Program-made: the position numbers and the translations under genes
The notes under the pieces: generated by a model
Told to the model about the DNA's origin: nothing
Seen by the model: only the letters and a program-made list of their open reading frames with translations
Database searches by the model: none
NCBI RefSeq assembly: GCF_963921235.1
Contig: NC_086097.1
Coordinates: 126,978,001 to 127,042,000 of the forward strand
Reading direction: 5' to 3'
From: Mobula hypostoma
Taxonomy: Eukaryota
Length of the DNA stretch: 64,000 nt
Shown here: piece after piece, positions 50,060-62,764 of the stretch
Layout: every line of letters starts with the position of its first letter
How positions within the stretch are numbered: position 1 is the first letter of the stretch

Positions 50060-52470
50060 GTATGATGTTCTCCTAAGGCGTCATCTATTGGTGGGTCCTT
50101 GGGTGGCAGTAGAGGCCAATCCAGGGTCCACATATTCTGGTTCAGTATAGACTTGAGGAAGTGGTGGCTGTGTTTACTGGACAGTTGTTTTGATTGTTCA
50201 GTCTCTCCTTTCACAGCTGCCATTTATTCTCTGCAACACCGTGCAGAGGGCAGCTCCCTCTTATAGATATTTTCTCAAGGTGCATTCATTGAGTGCAATG
50301 TAGTCCCAGTTTTCAGATGCAATGTTGAAGTTTCTTCGGTCTGATTTTGATGTTAACTTTGAAGCGTTTCCTTTGCCCACCAGGGATTCACTGACCTTCC
50401 TTCAACTGGGAATAAAGGTTCTGTTTGGAGAAGATGTGAGTTAGGTATCTGGATGACATGACCTATCCATTGGAGCAGGTGTTGCTTTACTGTGGTGGAG
50501 ATACTGTTCATGTTGTCCTCCTCCAGTACACTGGTGTTAGTGTGTTTGATCTTCCACCTGATTTTCAAACTCTTTTTGTAAGGTTCTCTTGTGGTATGGT
50601 TCCAGGGCTTTTGTATGTCTAGTGCAGGTGGTTCATGATTCAATTCCATACAGCAACGTAGAAAGGACAACTGCTCTATAAAACTGAAAAACACACACAA
50701 AATGCTGGGGGAACTCCGTAGGCCAGGCACCATCTATGGGAAAAAAATACAGTTGATGTTTCAGGCCGAGACCCTTCAGCTAGACCTGAAGTTTTGTTTG
50801 GACCTGTAGGTTGCGGCTTTAAGGACTCTTTTCGAATCTGCATAGGCTCCACTAGCACTACCCAGGTTCAATGCCTGCTTTTGAGGACAGAAGGCCACTA
50901 AGATAGGGAAATTGGTCTACGTTTTCAGGAACGATATTGTCAAGTTTTATGGAAGGCTGGCTGGTGGTGGCTGATATAGGATCTATGTCATTTTTTATAT
51001 TCAACACATGAACCAGAGCTCTTTATGCCTTGGTAAAAGGATTCAGGATACATTGGAGATCTTCTTCAGAGTGTGCCACGATGGTGTTGTCATCCACATA
51101 TTGAAACTCCATGCTCGTGGTGCTGCTGGCTTTGTTCTTGGTCTGGAACCGGTTGAGGTTGAAAAGTTTGTTGCCCATTCTATATACAATAGGGATTCAC
51201 TGTGGCAGGTTTTGGCCAGTGAGGTGGAGGATGACAGCAATAAAGATGGCAAATAGAGTGGGTGCAATGATACAGCCCTGTTTGACTCCTGTCTTCACAG
51301 TGAAGGGTTCTGATTCAGTGCCACTATGTGTTGACATGCCATCATACAGTAGCCTCAGTGTTTATGAGTAGCTGATAGTATACACCAGAGAGGACAAATC
51401 TGAGGCATGTCGACAGCACTCCAGTTCTAAACGGTGGCATCTCATTGACTATGTCGTTGTCCGAGCTAGGTACCGCCACGATGTAAATATCACAAGAGCC
51501 ATGATTGTCACAGATGACTGCTGGGCAAATCATTGCCTGATCTGCTCCATCACATCCATCAGGCTCATAAAAAATAGGGGAATTCATAAGAATCGGATCA
51601 GTTCAAGACTAAAACCAAAGCACCTACTTGACACTGCCACCCAACAACACTTTCAGGCCTTATTTGGGGAGAACCTCCAACAGGAATATCTGGAGATTAT
51701 CAAAGAACATTGGGGTCCACTTAAACCCACCATCCTCAATACTTATAAAAACATCCTTGGGTAGAAGTCTAGAAAACATCAGGATTGATGATAATGATAT
51801 GGAAATAGAACAACTTAACTCCAAGAAAGAAATACATCGGCAGCAAGGCTGGAAGAGAAGCCTACTCCTGAGCCAAGTCAAATGTCCAGCGAAGGGTGAG
51901 ACAGCTAAAGAATTCTTGGCAGAATCAGATGACACATTTGATGGAGAGAACTCTTTCGAGAACTGTGCCAGCACTGCTGGACCAGAGGTTACAAACCAAA
52001 TCCTCCAGCGACCTGTGAGAGAAGACATGGGAACCTCCTAGTACGAAACAGGTCCACGAAGCCTTCAGGAGTCTGAAAAGCAGCAAGGCCACTGGTCCTG
52101 ACAGCGGAGATCCTCAAGGAAGGTGGGCCTGTGCCCCGGCACCACATAAATGCCTTGCTCCTGCAGGGCTGGGAAAAGGAGCAACTGCCCTCAGAGCTCA
52201 GGGATGCTCTAGTAGTGACCATATTCAAGAAGGGAGACAAGGCACATCGTGGCAGTCACAAAGGTATCTCCCTCCTGGCAAAGTGCTTGCACATACAGTA
52301 TCCTTGTCAACTGGCTCCTTCTACTATCTGGAAAAGTACTCCATGAATCATAATGTGGTTTTCGCCAATTAGAGGTACAAGCAGACATAGCCTTCACTGT
52401 ATGCCAATAACTGAAAAACTGCTGTGAACAAAGGCAACCCTTGTTTTTGGCTTTCATAGATTTGACAAGG
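50060..52470 (-). mobile_element. RTE-like LINE with 5' inversion (about 51350-52470 on +)
   Basis: Minus strand: TGVKQGCIIAP, LQWIGHVIQ; plus strand: ELRDALVVTIFKKGDK..GISLL; Penelope pseudo-LTR piece inserted at about 50690-50790. Confidence 0.7.
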
Positions 52471-53269
52471 TTGTGAATTGTATTCTCTGGACTAAAATAC
52501 ATTTGAATCATCCTATTGTGATGTGCTGTGAATGTGTTCCAATGTACACCATCCCTTCTGTCCCCACTGGCTATTAACTTTTTAATGGCCTTTACACTCG
52601 GACAAGGTATTTTCCAGTGCTGATGTTGACCTTAGTCCCAAAGCTATTAACCTGATTTTTGAATACTCACAGGTGATGTGCAATATTAAGCAAGCAGATA
52701 TAAAAGTGAAAACAAGGGAAAGAGTCAGCAGTTCTGTAAAACAGAAGTAGAAATGTATTTTCAGGTTAGGATTATAATACTGTATTGTGAGTATGCATTC
52801 TGCAGGGGCATCTCTCCATTGGAAGTGAGAGTTTATGGAATCACTTTACTGTATTGTTATTTTAATTTTATGGATGACCTTTATATTACTGGTGTTGTGA
52901 AATAAAATATCAAACTCAGCTGTGTTTCCAGAGATTAGATGATTCAACTGAGAACAAGAGAGACTTCATAAGAAGTGTGCTGGAAACACAGGAGATTTGA
53001 CATAATTTATAATAGTGTTTACCTACATCTCCCAAACACCAAGCTCCTTTTGGTGTACTTAAATCCCAAAGCTTCATTCCAGTTTAAAAAGGATCACATG
53101 GGATATGTGTCTCAGAAACAGCCAAACAATCTGGCCAGTTGATACGGACAATTATGATTCATTGGAGCAACCTCTGCCTATCCTCTTTTAATTCAACTAC
53201 TGTGATCCTCTATTCCATTCTTCCTCAGACACTTGTCCAACCTCTATAAATACATCCCAGTTATGCTTT

Positions 53270-55760
53270 CAACATTGACTATCCTTCATGCCTCTGGTAC
53301 CTGTCCTATCACTAAATATGATTTAAATATCTCTGCTAGTGCCATGACACTTCCTGCACTTGCTTCTTGTAGGGTCCGAGGGAACACCTTATCAGGCCCT
53401 GGGGATTTATCTACCCTGTTTTGCCGCAGGACAACAAACACCTCCTCCTCTGTAATCTGTGTAGGATCCATGAGGTTGATACCACTTTGCCTCACTTCTA
53501 TAGACTCCGTGTCCATCTCCTGAGTAAATGCAGCTGAAAAATATTTAATTATTTACAAACTCCTCCATCTCTTGGCTCCATACATGGATTACCATTCTGA
53601 TCTTCCAGAAGACCATTTTTGCCCCTTGCACTCAATCTTTTGTTCTTAACATATCTGCAGAGTCCCTTAGGATTGACCTTCACCTTGTCTGCTAGAGCAA
53701 CTCCATGCCTTCGTCTAGCCCTCCTGATTTCTCTCTTAAGTGTTCTCTTGAATTTCTTATACTCCATAAAAACCTCATTTGTTCCGATCTGCCTATACTT
53801 GCTATGCACCTGCTTTTTTTCCCCTCTCTTAACCAGGGCCTCGATATCTCTTGAAAACCAAGGTTCCCTACACTTATTATTTTTTTCCTTTTATTCTGAC
53901 AGGCACATACAAACTTTGTATTCTCAAAATTTCACTTTTGAAGGCCTCCTATTTACCAAGTATATCTTTCCCAGAAAACCGCTGGACCCAGTCCACACTT
54001 GCCAGATAATTTCTGATGCCACCAAAATTGGCCTTTCTCCAATTTAGAATCACAACCCGCAGACCAGACCTAGCTTTTGAAGCTAATGGCATTATGATCA
54101 TTAGATTCAAAGTGTTCCTCTACACAAACTTCTATCATCTGCTCTGTTTCTTCCCTTAACAGGAGATCTGGTGTCGCACTCCCTCTAGGCTCTTTCTGTA
54201 CTTACTGATTAAGGAAACTTTCCTGAACACATTTGACGAACATTACCCTTTTACAGTATGGGAGTCCCATTCAATGTGTGGAAAGTTAAAATCACCAACT
54301 ATAGCAAACTTATCCTCTTTGCAGCAGTCTGCAACTTCTCTACAAATCTGTTCCTCTAAATCCCTAGGACTGCTGGTGGTCTGTAATATAGCCCCATTAA
54401 CGTGGTCATACCTTTCTTGTTTCTCATTCCCCCCATAATGCCTGACTAGACGATTTCTTTAGTCTGTCCTGACAGAGCACTGCTCTGACATTTTCCCTGA
54501 CTAGTAGCGCCATCCCTCCTTTAATCCCTCCCACTCTGTCGCACCTAAAATAACAGAACCCCGGAATACTGAGCTGCTGGTCTTGCCGCTCCTGCAGCCA
54601 AGGCTCACTAACGGCTACAGTATCACAATTCCAGCTGTTGATCCATGCCCGGACCTCATCCGCATTTCTTGCATTGAAATATATGCAGCTTAGGACACTG
54701 GTTTCCCCATGCTCTCAACCCTTTACTTCCTGACGTTGTCTGAGGTCTTACCAATATCTCTCTCCACAATCTCCCCACTAACTGTTCTGGCAGTCTGATT
54801 TCTATCCCCCTGCAATTCTAGTTTAAATCCCACTGTGCACCATTAGCAAACCTTAGGGCTAGGATATTAGTCCCCCTCCATTTCAGGTGCAAAGCATCCC
54901 TTCTGTACAGGTCCCAGCTTCCCTGGAAGAGAGCCCAATGGTACAAAATCTTACACCCTCAATCCTACACCAACTCCTTAGTCATGCATTAAACTTTATA
55001 ATTTTTCTATTTCTGGCCTCACTAGCACGTGGCACAGGTAGCAATCCTGAGATCACAATCCTGGAGGACCTGCCCTTTAACTTAGCACCCTGAACTCACT
55101 TTGGAGAATTTTGTCACTCTTCCTACCCATGTCATTGGTACCTACATGAACCACGACCTCTGGCTATTCACCGTCCCACTTAAGAATGCCGTGGAGTCGA
55201 CCCGAGATGTCCCAGAAGCTGGCATTCAGGAGGCTGCATACCATCCATTCTCACCCACCAAACCTCCTTTCTGTTCCCCTAACAAATCCTCTGTTACCAC
55301 AGCTCACTTCTTCTCCCCACTTCCTTCTGAATCGCAGAGTCAGACTCTGTGCCAGAGACCCGATCGCTGTTGCTTTCTTCTGTTAGGTCATCCCACCCCT
55401 CCACGCCCCAACAGTATCCAAAAGTGATATACCTGTTGTTGAGGGGAATGACCACAGAGGTACTCTGCACTGGCTCCTTAACCCCTTTCCTCTTCCAGAC
55501 TGTCACCCAGTTTCCTCTGTCCTGCACCTTGGGTGTTACTACCTCTCAATGTGTCCCGTCTGCTACCCTCTCAGCCTCCCAAATGATCCAGAGTTCATCC
55601 AGTTCCAGCTCCAGCTCCTTAATGTGGATTGTTAGAAGCTGCAGCAGGATGCACATCTCACGGATGTAATTGTCAGGGACACTAGAGGTCTCCCTGCCTT
55701 CCCACATTCTGCCAGAGGAGCGTTTGACTATCCTGCCTGGCGTCTCTACTGTCCTAGCTG
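53270..55760 (-). mobile_element. CR1-like LINE 5' part (ORF1 and ORF2 APE to RT start)
   Basis: DKSPGPDKVFPRTL, ALADKVKVNPKG, WVTV.K..VVIPLNNRY. Confidence 0.8.
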
Positions 55761-56136
55761 AGCAAGTGTAAAGGAGGGGGAAAAGCCTCCACCCACAGCT
55801 TATTTTAGCTTCTCTGACCGAAGCCTCTCCTCACTGAAGCCTCAAAATCTCCACTCTAACTCTGTCCATTCCAGCGATGCTCTGAGAATGGCTGCTCTGC
55901 TCCGATGGCCACTGCCTAACTTTAATTTGTTCTTGCCAATCAATCCCGAACACTGGCTGCCATCCAAAGCTCCAAAACTGCCGAGAGTCGCTGTCCTTTT
56001 GACTCAATCAGCGAATGGTAGCGAACTATGTACCTCTCCGATTGGCTGCTGCTCAAAGCTCATCTTAAAGACTGCTGTCAGGTCACCCTCAGTTGCCTTT
56101 TCTCAGAAGTGAGGCCCAGTCTGCTCATGCTTTTCT

Positions 56137-56248
56137 CACGTGTACCTCCTCCTATACTGCCACATATCCCTGCACCCTCGCGATTCCCACATCACATGTA
56201 CCCCCTCCTATACTTCCACATATCCCTGCACCCTCATGATTCCCACAT
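56137..56248. repeat. Tandem duplication, two 56-bp units
   Basis: cacRtgtaccYcctcctatactKccacatatccctgcaccctcRYgattcccacat repeated twice. Confidence 0.85.
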
Positions 56249-57458
56249 TACAGGATTCCAACACTGTGACTTCAAATCCTCAGCACCCCTGTGGTTTTGC
56301 TGGAATATTTATCTACAAACGATTTGTAAATGATTGATCCTACATCAAGTCCTAGTAGCTCTACCTACCTGAACACTTATGTATTCAATGTGTATTGGTC
56401 ACTGTCAACCACCTTTGTTAAAATGCAAAACAAACTTAAAAACAAAAAAAAAGTTCAACATTCATTTACAATTTGAAACTTGTGGTAACGCCAAGGAATG
56501 AAGTTCCCTAGCTATCAAAGGGTGGGAGTGAACTAATTAGTCAATTTGGCTCATAATTGTGCTAAATAGTACAAATTTTGCATGTGTATTAAATGAAAGC
56601 CACTTTTTATGGAGGGCTTAATTTATTTCAGATGCTCTTGGTCCAACATTCCTGTCCATATATAGCTTGGCAGACTCCGAATGAAGTTTGTGAAAGCTTG
56701 AATGAAGTTTCGATCCATTGGAAACTAGGACAGGACATAGGTGAGCTAGGTTGAGAGATGTATTTTTTTCAGTTTTCCTGTTTTCACTGGTAAAACTGAA
56801 AATTTTCCAGAGTTGTATTTGGCCATAAATTTGAGTATGGCATAGTCTGTATTTATTTGAAGTGTTTTGACACAAACTGTTTTCTATATTAATCTTAGAA
56901 CATGGTTTAAATAAGAAAACAACAATATTAGTTTCTATATTGTCAATGATCTACTTATGCTTAATGTCACAGAAGGGATCCCTTTTAATCTAAGCAACTA
57001 TCTCTGTCTACACCATAAATGTCAGGCACATGATGGACTGCTGTATCTTTCTCATCATTAACAGTGTGCCACTTATGTAAACTGTCTACCCAGTTTATCA
57101 TTGCAAAAATGCTTATGTTAAAGTAGTATAATACAGTGCAAACCCTTTCTATCATGTGTGTCCTACTAATTTGCTAATTAATTTCTGAGAGGTGGCAAAT
57201 TTATGAAGTCTTCGTTAAAGCTTTCCATTGTATTGTATCCCCAGTTAAAAATAATGAGTGGTTTATTTCTTTGAATAATGAGTATTCATTAGTAGAAAGT
57301 CACCATTCACCACTTTTTTCCCCATTGCAGTATTTATGTAAAAAAGTGTGTATATTCTACTTTTACATCTTTGCACTACCTTTACACCTGAAAGCTGGTT
57401 AATTGGTGTTCGGTTTGTAGGCAAGTAAAGGCTGCACGTAAAATCTTCCTTTACAAAT

Positions 57459-58088
57459 AGATTAGATTAGATTATGAGGACACGCAGTCCTCTTTTATTG
57501 TCATTTAGTAATGCATGCATTAAGAAATGATACAATATTCCTCTGGTGTGATATCACAAAACACAGGACAGACCAAGACTGAAAAACTAACAGAAACCAC
57601 ATAATTATAACATATAGTTACAACAGTGCAACAATACCATAACTTGATGAAGAACAGTCCATGGCACAGTAAAAAAGTTCAAAGTCTCGAAAGTCCCACG
57701 TCTCACGCAGACGGGAGAAGGAAGAAAACTCTCCCTGCCATGTCCGACCACAGTCTGACTCTGAGTGATCCGAAAACTTCGAGCTTCCGACCAGCCCTCC
57801 AATGCTGAGTACTGAGCACCATCTCTGCTGAACGCTTCGACCCCAGTCCTGGCCACCAGCAGCAGGGAAAGCCGGGTATTGTGGGGCCTTCCCTCCGGAG
57901 ATTTTCAATCGCACAGTAGCAGCGGCAGCGAACCGGGCATTTCAGAAGTTTCTCCAGATGTTCCTCTGCTTCTCACGTCTGTCTCCATCAAATCAGAATT
58001 GTGCACAGCATCTTACTTACAAATACGATATCATTTCATCAGAGAGCTGTGTGCGCTGTGTCGCGCCGCCATCTTCTCCTCCCGCCAT
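57459..58088 (-). mobile_element. Non-autonomous retroposon with (TCTAA)n tail
   Basis: CpG-rich 5' end aagatggcggcgcg; the same 3' tail is inserted in the Tc1 at about 61412-61474. Confidence 0.6.
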
Positions 58089-58356
58089 AGTTCTCTTTTT
58101 CAAAAAAATGTTGAGGTGGAGTAAAGCTGCTCATTTTAAACAATCTTCAATCTTTGGTAACGTACTCAATATGTCTAAGAATTATTATACCTTTAAGGAC
58201 TGAATGTGTCTTTTCATGTGGCTCTTGATATGGTTGTAGCTGTCTCTTGTTAGTCAGGAGTTGCCGATCTGTTTCTGTTACTTGCCTGAGTTAGTGTCAC
58301 CCCAGCAGAGCTTTTGGATTTGGTACTGGGATAGAGGGTGGGTTACTGGTGCTTGA

Positions 58357-59635
58357 GTGGCGTTTAACAGGGAAGTCGGCAAAGTTCAGTCACTCCACAC
58401 AGACGTGAAGGGCATTGTTCAGTTTGACGGCTCTTCTTTAGAGGCCTTCAACATCCGCAGTGGTGTGAAGCAGGGCTGTGTGCTTGCTCCCATTCTGTTC
58501 GGCATCTTCTTCGTAGTCATGCTGAAGCACGCCTTTGGAACACCAACTGATGGTGTCTCCCTCCACACCAGATCGGACAGGAGGCTGTTCAGTCTGTCCC
58601 GGCTGAGGGCGAAAACCGAGGCTTGTGAAGTACTCATCAGGGACGTCTTGTTTGCAGATGACGCGGCACTGGCAACACACTCTGAAGAGCAACTGCAACG
58701 CCTCATGGACAGCTTCTCAAGAGCCTGCCAGGACTTCAGCTTGACCGTCAGCCTGAAGAAGACCGACGTGTTGGGCCAAGGATTTGAGCACCCCCCTGCC
58801 ATTATCATTAACAACTACGAGCTGGAGATAGTTCACGAGTTTACATACCTTGGCTCCACTATCACGGACAATCTCTCCCTAGATCCCGAGATCAACAATT
58901 GGATCGGACAAGCAGCCTCAACATTCGCCAGGCTGACAAAGAGAGTCTAGGAGAACAGAAAGCTGATGATGCACACCAAAGTTGCAGTCTACAGGGCCTG
59001 TGTCCTCAGCACACTGCTTTACGGCAGCGAGACCTGGAGTCTCTACTACAGACAAGAGCAGCGTCTCAACACCTTCCACCTTTGCAGCCTGAGACACATC
59101 CTGGACATCAAGTGGATTGATCAAGTCACCAACAATGAGGTCCTAGCCCACGCCCAGATACCCAGCCTCTTCACCCTGCTCCAACAACGCCGTCTCCGCT
59201 GGCTGGGCCACGTACGCCGCGTGTCAGATGGGAGGATCCTGAAAGACTTGCTGTACGGGGTACTGGCCTCTGGCAAGAGAGCACAAGGGTGGCCCCATCT
59301 TCATATCAAGGATGTTTGCAAGAGAGACATGAAGTCACTGAGCATGAACATCGAGAGGTGGGAGGACATTGCAAGCGATTGCTCTCGCTGGAGGCTGGAG
59401 AAGAGAAGCTGAGGCTTGCTGCTGAAGAAAAGCTCACTCGTCGGAAAAACAGCACCAAGACAGCACTGGAGGACAGCGCCTTCAAGTACAGTCACCGCAG
59501 CCAAGGCTGGCACTCCTGTGTGGGCCTCTACAGCCAGAACAGATGCTGCTTTTCCAATACAGACTAAAGCAGGACTTTCCAGGCGCAGATCCATGGTCTC
59601 GCAAGACTAACGGATGCCACCACCACCACCACCAC
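58357..59635 (+). mobile_element. RTE (BovB-like) LINE, 5'-truncated, relatively young
   Basis: SGVKQGCVLAPILF, LFADD, FTYLGS, LLYGSETW, RLRWLGHV; (CCA)n tail. Confidence 0.85.
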
Positions 59636-60388
59636 AGGCAAAGTAGCCAGGAGAATCTTCTTATTAGAGAAGAGGATACTCCAGACTAATGTCTGACAGA
59701 GGATGTAATTAGTTTTTAAGTTCTGCTTATTGCAAGTTAATGCATCATGCCTTCAATGGTCATAGTTCCCAGTCCCCAACCAAGCTCAGTCTGTGCAATG
59801 CCATAGTCAAACCAACACTTGATGGCTGTGACAGCAGCTTTTGTACAGAACATCAGTGCCTCCTGTCCTAGATCTTCAGAATCAAAGGGGAAGACCACCG
59901 CCCAAATGCCAGTGTCCTATCCAGAGCCAATTGAGTTGGGCCCGTGATCGTATCAGATATGTCTCTCAAAACAAATTCACTATTCCCAGCTTAATCAAGC
60001 TCATAGAGCTCCAGAAAGGTTCAAAGAAGACCCTGGAAGCATCACTAAAGACATTTTTATTTAACACATACCTTGGAAATTAAAACAAAGAAGGAACCGT
60101 TTTGGTAGCAAAGTCTATTTAACGGATCTTCTTAGACTGAATACCTTCCACTTTCAGGCAGCTAAATAGAGGAAAGCAACTTTGGTAAAGTAATAAGCTA
60201 TTAGCCTGACCAATCCTGCCTTGGCCATTTACACGATTGAACCTGAAAGACTGGGCGCACAAACTAGAATGATTCTGGATAAGGATAACATGGAAGAGAA
60301 TGTTTTTGTTCTCCTAGAGTTTTGCCAAACACAAGTAGTTGACAGTTGTTACTAGTTCATGTTGATGAAAACATCGGTTGATGTTTTG

Positions 60389-60963
60389 TGCAATCCTCTG
60401 GTTCTGTTGGCTGTGTAAGTCTAGGGAAGACAATCTCCGGCCCCAGCAACTGTGTGAGATTGAGCTGTGAGCCCACCCCGAATCCCCCTGTTTGTGTGGA
60501 TGCTGAGTGATTCGTTACCGTTACAAATAAATAGCACTAAATAACAGACGGTACACTGCATACCTTTAACGATTTAGCTTTATGATTCTTAATTCGACTA
60601 AAGCGTTAGTAAAGAAAAAGCAAAAAAAAAAGAAAAGTGCCCATTTTATGAAATAGTCTAATGTGCACAAGTTGGAGCTCACAGTTTCCCCTTCGCTGAT
60701 CCTCCTTCGATCTCCCCAGGCTTCGTCAAATCGCAGCCCCGCGCCAGGTCGAGTCCTATGACCTCTTCTCCGGCATCTTCTCCTTTCATCTCCCGCCGAA
60801 CAAAAGACCCAGCTCACACCGGTGTCGGGCACACAACACGAAAACTCTCCCCCTTCATTGGACAGCTCACATTCTAAAGCACCCGTTATCTCTAACCATA
60901 ACCCAAACACTGCTTCTGCAGAAAGACCTATGTTAGAAGTGAAGCCGTTCCCAGGGTGTTACA
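60389..60963 (-). mobile_element. Solo LTR, same family as 24755-28266
   Basis: TG...CA termini, shared blocks such as gagctccaacttgtgcacattagact. Confidence 0.75.
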
Positions 60964-61070
60964 TTAGGAAAAGATGTATTTACAGTTATCCATAGTTACT
61001 GAGGTAATTACTTATGGAAGCAAGTGTACTGCATGATTTGAGATCTGATATACTGTATACACGAAACCTA

Positions 61071-62764
61071 CAGTGCCTGTTAAAAGTACTCATCCCCCTT
61101 GGAAGTTTTCATGTTTTATTGTTTTGCAACATTGAATCACAGCAGATTTAATTTGGTTCCTTTTGACACTGATCAACAGAAAAAGACTTCCGTGTCAGGG
61201 TGAAAACAGATCTCTACAAAGTGATCTAGATTCATTACAAATATAAAACGCAAAATAATTGATTACATGAGCATTCACACCCCCTTAATGTGAGACACCA
61301 GATCATCCATGGTGCAGTCAATTGGTTTTAGAAGTCACATAACTAATTAAATGGAGATCTGTTTTTGGAGACCTGTGTACAGTCAAGTTGTTTCAATTGA
61401 TTGTAGTAAAATGCATGCATTACTAAATGACAGTAAAAGAGGATTGCGTGTCCTCATAATCTAATCTAATCTAAAAGTATACCTGTATCTGGAAGGTCTA
61501 ACCGCTGGTGTGTCAGTATCCTGGCAAAAACTACACCATCAAGACAAAAGAGTACTCCAAGCAACTACACAAAAGGTTATTGAAAAGCACAAGTCAGGAG
61601 ATGAATACAAGAAAATTTCCATGTCACTGAATATCTCCTGGAGTACAGTTAAGTCAATAATCAAGAAACGGAAAGAGTATGGCAGAGCTGTAAATCTGCT
61701 TAGAGCAAGCTGAACTCAAAAACTGAGTGACCATGCAAGAAGGGGACTAGTGCAAGAGGGAGGCCACCAAGAGACCTATGACAACTCTGGAGGAATTACA
61801 AGCTTCAGTGGCTGAGATGGAGAGAATTGCACACAACAACTGCTGCCCTGGTGCTTCACCAGTCACAGCTTTATGGGAGAGTGGCAGAGAGAAAGCCACT
61901 GTTGCAAAAAAAACTCACGAAATCTCGGCTCGAGTTTGCCAGAAGACATGGGAGACTCTGAAGTCAGCTGGAAGAAGGTTCTATGGTCTGATGAAAACAA
62001 AATTGAGCTTTTCGACCATCAGACTAAACGCTATGTTTGGTGTAAGCCAAACACTGCAATTCATCAAAAACGCACCATCTCTATCGTGAAGCATGGTGGT
62101 GGCTGTATCATGCTGTGGGGATGCTTCACTGCAGCAGGCTGTGGAAGGCTTGTGAAGATAGAGGGTAAAATGAATGCAACAAAATACAGGGAAATCCAAG
62201 AGGAAAACCTGAAGCAGTCTACAAAAGAATTGTGACTTGGGAGAAGATTTGTTTTCCAGCAAGTCAATGAACCTAAGCATAAAGCCAAAGCTACACAGGA
62301 ATAGCTTAAAAACAACAAAGTTAGTGTCCTGGAGTGGCCGAGTCCAGACCTCGATCCAATTGAGAATTTGAGGCTGGACTTGAAAGGAGCTGTTTATTCA
62401 TGACCCCCATGCAATCTGACAGAGCTTGAGCAGTTTTGTGAAGAAGAATGGGGAAAAATTGCAGTGTCCAGATGTTTCAAAGCTGATTATAGACCTATCC
62501 ACACAGACTCGAGGCTGTAATTTCTGCCAAAGGTACATCAACTAAATACTGACTTGAAGGGGGTGAATATTTATGCAATCAATTATTTTGTCTTTTATAT
62601 TTGTAATTAATTTAGGTCATTTTGTAGAGATCTGTTTTCACTTTGACATGAAAGTCTTTTTCTGCTGATCATAAAAAGAACGGATTAAATCTACTATGAT
62701 TCAGTGTTGTAAAATAATAAAACATGAAAACTTTCAAAGGGGTGAATACTTTTTATTGGCACAT
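61071..62764 (+). mobile_element. Tc1-family DNA transposon, full length but degenerate
   Basis: TA flanks, long (about 200 bp) TIRs starting CAGTG; transposase [54 protein letters not shown]. Confidence 0.9.

Noticed and set aside
56137..56248. CRISPR-like or functional array
   Set aside because: Simple two-unit tandem duplication with no spacers, in a eukaryotic context
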